This document shows, one piece after another, positions 18,419 to 27,609 of a stretch of 46,575 nucleotides of DNA (the first letter of the stretch is position 1; the number at the start of each line of letters is the position of its first letter). A model generated the notes under the pieces. The model was not told the DNA's origin. It ran no database searches and saw only the letters and a list, made by a program, of their open reading frames with translations. Source of the DNA: a virus (lineage: Duplodnaviria; Caudoviricetes); IMG/VR virus record IMGVR_UViG_3300009529_000012, positions 1 to 46,575 of that record; one strand, given 5' to 3'. A program made the translations under genes and the position numbers.

Positions 18419-19786
18419 ATGCCAAGAACTAGTTGGGCAGACTTCTGGCAAATGCGATCTTTTATGGAGAGGCTAAAGCCGAAGGAGGAAGATGCTCTAG
18501 AGAGAGCACAGAAGGTAGTTGGATTAGAAAGTTCTTTGCTGGGTCTTACTAAGGCACGGAGAGAACTGGCTGGGCCGAGTCCTAAAGAAAAATACCTAGA
18601 AAGCCAGAGAAGTGAGCAAGTTGGAAGTGCTCTAGAGATGTTTGGAACTCTTTATAAAACTGCTTCCCCAGCCTCCAGGAAGATTCTGGGAGAACAAATG
18701 ACAAGTCTTTGGGGACTAATGAGTCCTACTGACAAGACTAAGTTTGAGATGCTGGTGAGTCATACTCCCATTAATCCGAGAATCCAAAAGGCTATGTGGT
18801 TTGAAGAGACTAATCCGAGACCTAGGATGCCTATTGTGAGAGAAGGAGATGGAACTTGGACTAATGTCCCTCCAAGGAGCCCTGAATATAGAAACATGTG
18901 GGCAGAATATGACATTAGTTCTGACGAGTGGAACACACTTAGGCAGATGGCTGTGGAAGGGAAGAGTGCTAGTGAAGCTAACTGGAAGAGTCTTCCTAAA
19001 CAGTATCAGACAGATAATCCTAAGGTCACAGCCTACAGAGATCCTCTGGACAAGAGAGTGAAGTATTTTGACTGGGGAGCAACTGACCAAGCTGAGATAC
19101 TTAATGCCGTGGAGAAAGGATGGGCTACACCGGCTGATATGATGACTAGTGGAGTAGTACCGTTGAGTGTTCCTAGAGAGTATGTTGACAGTGGAAGACC
19201 TGTGACAGTGAGACAAGTTAAGGAAGTTGTCTCTGGAGATGTGAAGTTGGACTATGATGTTGCTGGACCTTTAGAAAAGGGAAAGCGAGCTCCTAAGGCA
19301 TTGACTGATGCTATTAGTCTTATAGATAGTGGAATTCATCCAAGTAAACTTAAGGTGAAATCTCCTGCAGTTATTAATTATTACACTCAGCTAGATGCTA
19401 TTACTAAAGCCACTGGAGAAGAGAGAAATGACTTGCAAGAAGCACTCCAACAAAGTATTGCTGGAAAGTATCCTTCTGAGGAGAGGTATATTCCTTTTGT
19501 TCCTCCTCCAGAAAGACAGAAAGACGCTTGGTATAGGATACAGCAGACTCTGGACTGGGTTCCTGGCTTAGCATTTTTTGTTCCTACTCCAACTCCTGGT
19601 AAGCAGGGGAATGTAGCTCTTGTCCAGGCAGATAGACTTGTAGAATTCTTTGACAGAAATGGGAAGCCTAATAGATTTTGGTGGAGTGACATTCATAGAG
19701 TTGCCTATGATACTAATGGAGTTCCTATTAAAGAGACACTGGGGAGAGTCCCTGGAGATCAACTTAACATAGTGTGGAGTGAGTAA
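18419..19786 (+). CDS. putative internal virion (ejection) protein
   Basis: 455 aa, position in the podovirus ejection module. Confidence 0.5.
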   Translation: MPRTSWADFWQMRSFMERLKPKEEDALERAQKVVGLESSLLGLTKARRELAGPSPKEKYLESQRSEQVGSALEMFGTLYKTASPASRKILGEQMTSLWGLMSPTDKTKFEMLVSHTPINPRIQKAMWFEETNPRPRMPIVREGDGTWTNVPPRSPEYRNMWAEYDISSDEWNTLRQMAVEGKSASEANWKSLPKQYQTDNPKVTAYRDPLDKRVKYFDWGATDQAEILNAVEKGWATPADMMTSGVVPLSVPREYVDSGRPVTVRQVKEVVSGDVKLDYDVAGPLEKGKRAPKALTDAISLIDSGIHPSKLKVKSPAVINYYTQLDAITKATGEERNDLQEALQQSIAGKYPSEERYIPFVPPPERQKDAWYRIQQTLDWVPGLAFFVPTPTPGKQGNVALVQADRLVEFFDRNGKPNRFWWSDIHRVAYDTNGVPIKETLGRVPGDQLNIVWSE

Positions 19787-22700
19787 TGACTAAGGGATAT
19801 GAAGTGGAAGAGAAAGAAGGAGTTGCTGGCTATCCTTCTCCAGAGAAGAAGGGAGTAAGAGGCTACGACTTCAAGCCTCCTTCAGGACCACTGAAACCTG
19901 TGCCTCTTAGAGGATGGGAGTACAAGTTTGCTACAGGAGAATTCTTTGGCCCCAGAAGAGACCTAACTGGTGGAGGATTTTTTGAAGCTATCTATGACCC
20001 TGTGGCAACTAGAGCTGTCAGTGCTAATGTGTATGCAGGAGTGAGAACTGTTGCTGAAATTCTTCCCTATGCTAGATATATCTTTCCGAGTGGGAGGGAT
20101 GAATGGGCTAGGAAGACAACTACTGGCCAGACAGTAGAACTCGGCATAGAGGCTCTTACAATACTTCCTATAGGACTTATAGGGAAGGGACTTCAAATTA
20201 CTGCAAGGGGAGTAAGTAAGGTGGGAACTTTTCCCTTCAGAATGACAAAGAAATTTGCTCTCCAGAAGAAGGTAGGAAGGCTGATGGAACAAGATCCTTT
20301 TCTTGACTTTGCTTCTACAACTGTGAAGAAGTATGAGAGATTGTCTGCTGCAGAAAGGGCGATGAAGAAATATGAAATTGATTCTGAGGAGGCTACCAGT
20401 CTACTTCGCAGGAGACCTTGGATTTGGGAGAAAAGTGAGAAGAGTGGTGCTCTTTGGCAAGGAGAAGGAAGTAGTAATTTTAAGAAGCTCTTTAAGAAAG
20501 ATGGCTATCTGCAGAAAGATGTAGCAGAGCAACTTGGGAGATGGTCTAGGCCTCACGATGTTCAAGAGTTGAAGCATTATACAGTAGAATGGATAAAGCT
20601 TGTTAAAAAGACTTTTGGACTTAAGTATGATCCAGCTAATGTTTTTAAGATGCAAGCAGTTAAATTATTTGGAGAAGAGATAGGAAAGGCTCTTAAGTTT
20701 GGAGATGTAGATACAAGGACTTTTGGTCATTTAATTAGAGATCTCCTAGAGGAGAATCCAGCCAAACTCATGCAAAGAATGGACATAGGCTATGGACATA
20801 GAATGTTTTATCATTTCCTTCCTGCGAGGAAAGTGTTTGGCTTTGGAGAAAGAGTCTGGCAGACATTTTCTAAGATTCATGAGCCTATTGGAGAAATGTT
20901 CACCAACGCTAATAAGTATGGGACATTAATGACTAGCAGATTTCATGCTCTCTTAGCCTCTCGGGGACTTGGACGTCTTACTGCTCCGAGGGAGGCTGGA
21001 GTAGTTATGCTTAAGAAGAACTTCTCCAAGAGAGAGTGGGAACAAGCAGGAGAACTTGTCACGAGCCTTGATGATGCAGTGGGGAGAGGAATAGAGCAAA
21101 CAGGACTCCAGGGCATAATGGACCAAGCTCCTACAACTGTACAGAAGATAGCAAAGAGTTGGTTTGACTTCACTGATGATCTCTATAGGGACTACATGAA
21201 GAAGAAAATCCCCCAAGTGTTTGAGGAAATAGGACTCACAGGGAGAGGAAGAGATGGACTGGCTCTCTTGATGAAAGGAGAAAAAGGCATAGACAATGTT
21301 GTCGATGTCACTCTTTCTCAGTCAGCTAATTTAGCTTACGCTGACAAGGCTAAGATTCTTGAAGCTATGCTGGAGAAGACAAGAGGAAGTCTTAAGGGGA
21401 ATTTGGACTGGTTTGTAGACAAGCCCCTTAATGCTCTCACGAAGGCTGAAAAGGCAACTCTTAGGGAGAAGTTAGTAGGAGGACTAGAGGAACTTCTTCC
21501 TATGGAGAAAGGAAGTAAGAAAGGTTTTGTCAACTACCTTGACAAGTATGCTACGAGAATCTACAGCAAGCAATTTGCTCAGTCTATGGAGAGGACAAGA
21601 GACCTCGCTAAAAGTAGGAAGGCAATGTTTACTAAAGGGAGGACAAGAGAATTTGCAGAGGAGGGAAGAATAACTGACTTGACAAGAATTGCAGAGGCAA
21701 GAATTAATATGCAAGCAAAAGAGTTGTATGTATATAAGCCTCTGGAGAAAGTAATTGATCACGCAAGGACGCTACCTGAGAAGTTCAGGAACTACAGTGA
21801 GCATTATATTGCTAGGCAGTTGGGAGAAGCAAGTCATGCTGATGTTGCTCTTTCTCAGTGGCTCACAGGGACAGTTGGAGTGCTTACGAAAAGAGTCTAT
21901 GACGAGAGGAGTGTCGCTAACTTAGCTCACACTATTAATGACCTAGTGTATATGGGAGGTCTAGGATTTAAGCCCTTCAGTGCTATGAGGAATTACTTCC
22001 AGCCTCTTCTAATGGTTCCTGCAGACTTAGGTGGACTGAAGGATTTCTATTGGCTAGGAAAGGGTTATGCAGCTGCTTTTAAGAAACCCACGAGAGACTA
22101 TATAAAGTCTGTAGGTGCTATACAAGAGTTTGCCCCAGACTTGTACCTCAGGCCGAGAGTACTTGGCTTCGGTGGCTCCTTCACTGTAGGAGGAAAGAAG
22201 TTTGACCTTCCTTCAACTCAGACTATGAGGGACTTGGCACTGTGGATGTTTAAGAACAGTGACAGGCACAATAGATATGTTACTGGGGGAGCAGCTATTG
22301 AGAAGTGGGACTACTTCTCAAAGAAATTTCTCTCTAAGAGTCTCGGAAAAAAAGAGATGAAGCTGTTCTCTAAGAAGCTTAACCTAGGTTCTCGAGAAGA
22401 GTGGGTCAGAGCACAAATCAATGAGCATCTTCGTAAAGGGACTCTGGGAGGACTAGAGGAGGCAAAGAAAGTTTGGGTCTATGACGTTATTGCAGACACT
22501 CAGTATTTATATGGGACTCTAGGAGCTCCAATTTATGGACAGAGTGCTGGAAGCCTCGGCAAGATGGCTGGTATTTTCCAAAGTTGGTGGATGAACTATG
22601 GTGCGGCACTAGAGAAATGGGCATTGAGGACTCCAGGGGCTGTTCCCATTGTTAATAAGAGAACAATGACTTGGCTTCTTGCAGGAGCTATTGTAGAGGA

Positions 22701-23031
22701 GACAGCCTCTAAGTTGTGGCAACAGAAGACTGCTGCTAAGATGGTTCATGTAGGTCCTTTCCCTCTGAGAGTAAGTGAATTTATGATTCCTCCTACATTT
22801 GCTCCTGTCTACTATGGCGCGAAGGTACTTGCTGATGGGATTGATGCAGCTAAGTACCAGGAGCCTGAAAGGTTTAAGAGGAGTGTGAAAGCACTGGCGA
22901 AGAGTGGACTTATGTTTACTCCAGGAGGGCTACAGATGGGACAATTTTACAGAGGAGCACAGAAGGAAGGATGGGAGGGTTTTGCAAAAGCTATCGTGAG
23001 GTATGATCCTGAGAGGGAGGAGGAATACTAG
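19786..23031 (+). CDS. large putative DNA-ejection / internal virion protein
   Basis: 1081 aa, helical; SAMRNYFQ and TQYLYG...FQSW pattern seen in large podovirus internal proteins. Confidence 0.6.
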   Translation: MTKGYEVEEKEGVAGYPSPEKKGVRGYDFKPPSGPLKPVPLRGWEYKFATGEFFGPRRDLTGGGFFEAIYDPVATRAVSANVYAGVRTVAEILPYARYIFPSGRDEWARKTTTGQTVELGIEALTILPIGLIGKGLQITARGVSKVGTFPFRMTKKFALQKKVGRLMEQDPFLDFASTTVKKYERLSAAERAMKKYEIDSEEATSLLRRRPWIWEKSEKSGALWQGEGSSNFKKLFKKDGYLQKDVAEQLGRWSRPHDVQELKHYTVEWIKLVKKTFGLKYDPANVFKMQAVKLFGEEIGKALKFGDVDTRTFGHLIRDLLEENPAKLMQRMDIGYGHRMFYHFLPARKVFGFGERVWQTFSKIHEPIGEMFTNANKYGTLMTSRFHALLASRGLGRLTAPREAGVVMLKKNFSKREWEQAGELVTSLDDAVGRGIEQTGLQGIMDQAPTTVQKIAKSWFDFTDDLYRDYMKKKIPQVFEEIGLTGRGRDGLALLMKGEKGIDNVVDVTLSQSANLAYADKAKILEAMLEKTRGSLKGNLDWFVDKPLNALTKAEKATLREKLVGGLEELLPMEKGSKKGFVNYLDKYATRIYSKQFAQSMERTRDLAKSRKAMFTKGRTREFAEEGRITDLTRIAEARINMQAKELYVYKPLEKVIDHARTLPEKFRNYSEHYIARQLGEASHADVALSQWLTGTVGVLTKRVYDERSVANLAHTINDLVYMGGLGFKPFSAMRNYFQPLLMVPADLGGLKDFYWLGKGYAAAFKKPTRDYIKSVGAIQEFAPDLYLRPRVLGFGGSFTVGGKKFDLPSTQTMRDLALWMFKNSDRHNRYVTGGAAIEKWDYFSKKFLSKSLGKKEMKLFSKKLNLGSREEWVRAQINEHLRKGTLGGLEEAKKVWVYDVIADTQYLYGTLGAPIYGQSAGSLGKMAGIFQSWWMNYGAALEKWALRTPGAVPIVNKRTMTWLLAGAIVEETASKLWQQKTAAKMVHVGPFPLRVSEFMIPPTFAPVYYGAKVLADGIDAAKYQEPERFKRSVKALAKSGLMFTPGGLQMGQFYRGAQKEGWEGFAKAIVRYDPEREEEY

Positions 23032-23110
23032 ATTGATTCAATAATTGAATCACTGGGCTAAAATGGATGGGTCAAAATGGACCAGTGATTCAATTATTGA
23101 ATCAATGTAG
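23028..23110. repeat. 83-bp inverted doublet of motif A (29-bp arms, 25-bp spacer)
   Basis: CTAGATTGATTCAATAATTGAATCACTGG ... CCAGTGATTCAATTATTGAATCAATGTAG, 1 mismatch. Confidence 0.95.
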
Positions 23111-23146
23111 AAATGTAAATAACTTAACTAGGCGGAGGAAGAAGAA

Positions 23147-23488
23147 ATGTATCAAGTAGATTTGTACAATGAAGCACTTGCTCAGGGGACAGACTATAGT
23201 GCAGAGTTAGACTTAAACGACTACGAGCTTCCTGCATGGCATTTCGCTCTCTATCATATCCATACAGGAGCCGCTTCTACTCTAACTCTCACAATCCAAT
23301 ACTCTTATAATAAACATACTTGGGTTGATGGAGCAACGCTTCTGACGACTGGGGCAGTTGGAAGTGGTATGCTTTCAGTAGACGAAGCTACGATTAATAA
23401 ACTTTATGCCCAGAGATACTTGAGGTTTAAGATTGTTGTGGCTACTGCAGATGCTACCAATGTCTTCTTGTCTCTAGGAATGGCTTAA
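23147..23488 (+). CDS. small beta-rich virion protein, paralog 1
   Basis: near-colinear similarity to 23502..23855. Confidence 0.7.
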   Translation: MYQVDLYNEALAQGTDYSAELDLNDYELPAWHFALYHIHTGAASTLTLTIQYSYNKHTWVDGATLLTTGAVGSGMLSVDEATINKLYAQRYLRFKIVVATADATNVFLSLGMA

Positions 23489-23501
23489 GGAGGAGGAGAA
23501 A

Positions 23502-23855
23502 ATGTACCAAATAGACTTATATAATAAAGCACTTAATGTAGGAACAGAGTATAGTAATACAGTAGACCTAACGACTTACCGTCTTCCTGCTTGGGAATTT
23601 GGCCTCTACCATGTTCATGCAGGGACAGTAGGATCAACGCTTACTCTTAGAACCCAGTATTCCCTTCATGGTGATGCTAATGGGACTTGGACTGATGGAG
23701 CAAAGATTTTGGGTAATGGGGCTATTGGAAGTGGAGTTGTTCCTGTGGATCAAGCTGTTACTTATAAGCTTTATCCTATGAAATATTTGAGGTTTAAGGT
23801 TATTGTTGGCGTCCAGAATGCCTCAAATGTTTTCTTGTCTCTTGGCATGGCTTAG
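23502..23855 (+). CDS. small beta-rich virion protein, paralog 2
   Basis: MYQ.DLYN.AL..GT.YS...LPAW.F.LYH.H...YLRFK...NVFLSLGMA shared with the previous gene. Confidence 0.7.
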   Translation: MYQIDLYNKALNVGTEYSNTVDLTTYRLPAWEFGLYHVHAGTVGSTLTLRTQYSLHGDANGTWTDGAKILGNGAIGSGVVPVDQAVTYKLYPMKYLRFKVIVGVQNASNVFLSLGMA

Positions 23856-23864
23856 GAGTCTACT

Positions 23865-24191
23865 ATGTGGAGTCTCATGTTTGAAGAGGAGAGCATAGAG
23901 GACGAGGCAAAGTGGTCTCCTCATAAAACTCTCCGTGATTTTTCTTCTGTCCATGCTTTTGAGTACATGATTTCAGGAGTAGGGACAATAGATATAGAAG
24001 TATATACTTCCATCTCCGGAGAGGTGTGGATTTCTAACGGAGTAAAGGCTACTGGAGTTGGAAGTGGAAGTGGTCCTGGAACTAATGGGAGTGACATTAT
24101 CCCCCTTAGATTGAAGCCTGGAGACCTCATTAAGTTTAAGGCGACTGCTACAGGAGCCACTGTTCTTTCGTTGTGGTTCACCCAGAAGTAG
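23865..24191 (+). CDS. small beta-rich hypothetical protein
   Basis: RBS AGGAG, similar size and strand pattern to the two preceding genes. Confidence 0.6.
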   Translation: MWSLMFEEESIEDEAKWSPHKTLRDFSSVHAFEYMISGVGTIDIEVYTSISGEVWISNGVKATGVGSGSGPGTNGSDIIPLRLKPGDLIKFKATATGATVLSLWFTQK

Positions 24192-24208
24192 ATTTTGTTA
24201 ATAACTGG

Positions 24209-24231
24209 AATGATTCAAAAATTGAATCAAT
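24209..24231. repeat. motif A palindrome copy
   Basis: AATGATTCAA AAA TTGAATCAAT. Confidence 0.85.
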
Positions 24232-24242
24232 GGAGAAGAAGA

Positions 24243-24365
24243 ATGAGTTTTATTCAACCAGGAGAAGTCAGTCTAAAGTGGACTCTGGTTTTCATAGGAC
24301 TGTCCCTTGTCATAGGAATTGTGGCAGGTAGCTGGATTACTCTACTAGTGAGGATAGCAGGATGA
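24243..24365 (+). CDS. small single-TM protein (40 aa, not in ORF track)
   Basis: WTLVFIGLSLVIGIVAGSWITLLV; ATGA overlap with the tail fibre gene. Confidence 0.5.
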   Translation: MSFIQPGEVSLKWTLVFIGLSLVIGIVAGSWITLLVRIAG

Positions 24366-26014
24366 CTTGGAGACCTGTAGAAGCTACATTATTTCTCGAA
24401 AAGGCAGCTGCTCCAACAGTAAATGATGACCAGAATGAGGGTTATCTCGTTGGAGACATTTGGCTAGACGAGACTAATGATGCAGCCTACTTGAATCTAG
24501 ATGTGACTGTTGGAGCTGCTGTTTGGAAACATACTAGTCTTGAAGAAGCAGTCATAGATCATGGTTCTATTTTAGGACTAGGAGATGATGATCATCCTCA
24601 TTATCACAATAATGCTAGGGGTGATGCTCGCTACTATACTGAAACAGAACTGGACGCAGGACAATTAGACAATAGATACTTTAGAGAGAATGAATTTCTA
24701 AATGCTTCTGCCGGCGCAGGAGATGCAGACAAACCGGTAATTTTAGATGCTGCCGGACACGTAGATGCCACTATGATCAATGATGCCGATATAGATCATG
24801 GCACTATAGGAGGATTAGTAGGTGACGATCATTTGCAATATCATACGGATGCTAGGGGAGACGCTCGTTATTATACCGAGACGGAACTAGATGCTGGTCA
24901 ACTTGATGATAGATACTTCACAGAAGCAGAGCACATAAATTCAAGTGCTGGTGCTGGGGATTCCGGTAAGCCTGTTAAATTAGATGCTGCTGGTCATATT
25001 GACGCTACTATGATCAATGATGGAGATGTAGACCACACAGCCATTGCTAATATAGGTACTAATACTCATGCTCAGGTTGATACTCACATCGCTGATGGAA
25101 CTAAGCATTTTCTAGAAGGAGCTATAGACCACGGCTCAATATCAGGCCTCGCTGATATAGCTGATCATCCTTATGCAGTTTTGATTACAGGAGCAAGATC
25201 ACTTACTGGTGATTGGAATATTGGAAACCACAAGCTTGGGATAAATACCGTTCCTTCTTATCCGCTACATATAGTAAATGCTCCTGGTGACGAAACTCTC
25301 TTTGCGTCTTATATAGACTTAAATCCAACCGGGACACTTACGGATGATCGTGAGTACATCGGCTCATATGTTGATATTGACTCAAGTACTGATAGAGACG
25401 GCCATGCTCTTGAGCTGAAAGGTTTCAGATCTCTTGTGACCAACCGTGGGGATGCCACTATTGCATATGGCTTCCAGTCTGCTGTGACCCATGATAGTGT
25501 AGATACAGCTACCCAAATAGCCTCGATATGGGGTAATACAAGAGTACTCCAAGGCGCAGTATCGGCTGCCTATGGATCACGAAATAGGGTCAGGGTTCAG
25601 GACACAGGTGCGGTGACTCTTGCCTACGCTATGTACGGGCAGATTCAAATGTTGGCTACTGCCAAGACATTGGGGACAGCTTATGGCTCAAAACAGAGTA
25701 TTGAACAAACAGCCGGGACAATTACAACTGGCTATCTTTTTCATGGTGCATATACTGGAACGATAGGGACTAAGTGGGGGATCTATCTGACCGGCGAGAC
25801 TCAAAGTTATCTTTCAGGTAATCTCGGACTCGGGGTAGCCCCTGGCGCTAAGCTGGATATCAATTCAGACATCATTCGATTAAGAACAGCAAAAACTCCA
25901 GCCTCGGCGGGTGCGGCTGGAAATGCCGGAGATATTTGTTGGGATGCAACTTATATTTATATCTGTGTAGCTACAAATACTTGGGAAAGAGTCGAGCATG
26001 TTACATGGGCATAA
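24362..26014 (+). CDS. tail fibre / receptor-binding protein
   Basis: APTVNDD..GY.VGDIW N-terminus, His-rich DH repeats, LGINT.PSYPLHI, C-terminal G.ICWD..YIYICVATNTW motif. Confidence 0.8.
   Translation: MTWRPVEATLFLEKAAAPTVNDDQNEGYLVGDIWLDETNDAAYLNLDVTVGAAVWKHTSLEEAVIDHGSILGLGDDDHPHYHNNARGDARYYTETELDAGQLDNRYFRENEFLNASAGAGDADKPVILDAAGHVDATMINDADIDHGTIGGLVGDDHLQYHTDARGDARYYTETELDAGQLDDRYFTEAEHINSSAGAGDSGKPVKLDAAGHIDATMINDGDVDHTAIANIGTNTHAQVDTHIADGTKHFLEGAIDHGSISGLADIADHPYAVLITGARSLTGDWNIGNHKLGINTVPSYPLHIVNAPGDETLFASYIDLNPTGTLTDDREYIGSYVDIDSSTDRDGHALELKGFRSLVTNRGDATIAYGFQSAVTHDSVDTATQIASIWGNTRVLQGAVSAAYGSRNRVRVQDTGAVTLAYAMYGQIQMLATAKTLGTAYGSKQSIEQTAGTITTGYLFHGAYTGTIGTKWGIYLTGETQSYLSGNLGLGVAPGAKLDINSDIIRLRTAKTPASAGAAGNAGDICWDATYIYICVATNTWERVEHVTWA
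24554..25027 (+). repeat. 237-bp (79-aa) tandem duplication in the tail fibre
   Basis: IDHG...DARYYTETELDAGQLD.RYF...DAAGH.DATMIND.D twice, starting at 24554 and 24791. Confidence 0.9.
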
Positions 26015-26025
26015 AGGAGGAGAAA

Positions 26026-26280
26026 ATGACGAAGAAAATGAAAAAGGTTGTAAAGAAAAAGGAAGTCGAGATCAAGAAGAGGACTCCTGTTTCAGAAGAA
26101 GAACTCCGTCAAATGCTAAATGAGCAAACCCAAAAGCAGATCCAGACTTGTCGAGAAGAATGGAACGAAGCTAGTAAAAGAATTCTAGACAAATATCAAT
26201 GTGCGTTAGAAATTACTATGTTAGTGACTTCAGAAGGAAATATTCCTAGACTTACTATAATTCCTAGGAGGAGACAGTAA
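26026..26280 (+). CDS. hypothetical protein (possible fibre chaperone)
   Basis: RBS AAGGAGG before ATG 26026. Confidence 0.55.
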   Translation: MTKKMKKVVKKKEVEIKKRTPVSEEELRQMLNEQTQKQIQTCREEWNEASKRILDKYQCALEITMLVTSEGNIPRLTIIPRRRQ

Positions 26281-26285
26281 AAGAA

Positions 26286-26651
26286 ATGAATACTATTAGT
26301 TGTCCAGAACCCGAGTTTAAATTATTCGTAAGGAAGAAGTTTGAGACTCTACAAAAATGTCTTAATAGTAAAGTCTCTTGGACAATGTCAGGAGTTATTG
26401 TTGGCATTTTTACAGCAATTTCCCTACTTGTCTACAGCGCTTACAGCGGAGAACAGGCAAGACAATGTACAGAAGCCGCAAAGAACTCTACCGGAGTTCA
26501 GGAACTCAAAATTAACGTGAGAGTAATGCAAACAGAATTCAGTCATGTCAGAGACAAGCTAGAGGATTTAAAGGAAGCACAGGAGACTCAATTCGGAGAA
26601 GTTATAAGGAAATTAGACAAGCTCAACGAAAAAGGAGGCACAAGACCATGA
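26286..26651 (+). CDS. membrane protein with coiled coil (holin/spanin-like candidate)
   Basis: single TM followed by a heptad region. Confidence 0.5.
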   Translation: MNTISCPEPEFKLFVRKKFETLQKCLNSKVSWTMSGVIVGIFTAISLLVYSAYSGEQARQCTEAAKNSTGVQELKINVRVMQTEFSHVRDKLEDLKEAQETQFGEVIRKLDKLNEKGGTRP

Positions 26652-27025
26652 GAAGAACAATACTTATAATCGGTTTAGCTATCCTACTTGGTTTAGTTAT
26701 TATAGGAGTCACAAACTCCTTGGCAGGACAAGTGGTATTTGAGTGGGACGCTAATAGTGAGAGTGATCTTGCAGGCTACAGACTTTACCAGACTACTACA
26801 CCAGGACAATACGTCTATGGACGGGACAATGCTGTAGGAATTATCCCAGTAGGCACCGAGACGTTTACTCTTATTATGGATGTAGATGGAGAATTCTGGT
26901 GGGTACTTACTGCTTATGATACTGCAGAGAATGAAAGTGGTCCTTCAAATGAAGTGACTACTGTTGTAAACTTTAAACCTCCTAGTCCACCTACTGGCTG
27001 CGTACTGAGGATTCCAGGACAATGA
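26648..27025 (+). CDS. exported fibronectin type III domain protein
   Basis: N-terminal signal/TM, WDANSESDLAGYRLY...TAYDTAENESGPSNEV FN3 signature. Confidence 0.75.
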   Translation: MRRTILIIGLAILLGLVIIGVTNSLAGQVVFEWDANSESDLAGYRLYQTTTPGQYVYGRDNAVGIIPVGTETFTLIMDVDGEFWWVLTAYDTAENESGPSNEVTTVVNFKPPSPPTGCVLRIPGQ

Positions 27026-27153
27026 ACTGGTTTGGATGGCTCTTTACGGTTGTGGCTTCTGTTGCATTCGCAGGAGCATTTATTGGAGCACTCTACTTAA
27101 TATTTACTAATAGAAAAGAAGAAAGAAGAAAAAATCTAAGAAAAAGGAGGTGA
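27022..27153 (+). CDS. small TM protein with basic tail (43 aa)
   Basis: WLFTVVASVAFAGAFIGALYLIF then RKEERRKNLRKRR; ATGA overlap. Confidence 0.5.
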   Translation: MNWFGWLFTVVASVAFAGAFIGALYLIFTNRKEERRKNLRKRR

Positions 27154-27159
27154 GAAACC

Positions 27160-27312
27160 ATGAAACTAGCAGTTGTCTTAGCGTTCGCAAGAATGGCTTA
27201 TAAGATGATCTTGCGAGATCTGTTGAAGAATGCTATAGATGATCCTGCTCAAGAGTGGGATGATCTAGTTCTTAAAGTACTAGATGCCGTGTTTGGCTAC
27301 AATGAGGAGTAA
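27160..27312 (+). CDS. small hypothetical protein (50 aa)
   Basis: strong RBS AGGAGGTG; MKLAVVLAF...DDPAQEWDD. Confidence 0.6.
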   Translation: MKLAVVLAFARMAYKMILRDLLKNAIDDPAQEWDDLVLKVLDAVFGYNEE

Positions 27313-27410
27313 CTAATGTCTTGGCGAGAACGTCTTAAACTTTTTATCGGTTCAATGAAGCTATTGTTATCATATCTCAAATGGCGTTTTCGAAAAAGGT
27401 AAAACTTTGG

Positions 27411-27441
27411 AAGGGCAGGAACTTTCTCCTGCCCTTTTTTT
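27411..27441 (+). terminator. intrinsic terminator at the arm convergence
   Basis: AAGGGCAGGA-loop-TCCTGCCCTT followed by a T tract. Confidence 0.85.
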
Positions 27442-27609
27442 ACTTTCCTTCTCCTTCCTCTTTTAGTATTCTCTCCCACTCCTCTTTTGTAAGAGGAGCA
27501 AGTACATAATACTGCACTGTAGAAATATCAAAGTCCAAAAGGAGTTCCTTCTCCTCGTGGAATGATAAGGAGTCCTTTCCGTGTCCTTCTTCAATATATC
27601 TAAATTTTC

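Noticed and set aside
1339-24181. Minus-strand ORFs within the structural arm and plus-strand ORFs within the replication arm
   Set aside because: Antisense shadows of well-supported genes, Ser/Leu/Phe-rich because of the purine skew, with no RBS.
16438-26014. Diversity-generating retroelement acting on tail proteins
   Set aside because: No reverse transcriptase and no TR/VR pair with adenine-specific mismatches; the fibre duplication differs mostly at synonymous sites.
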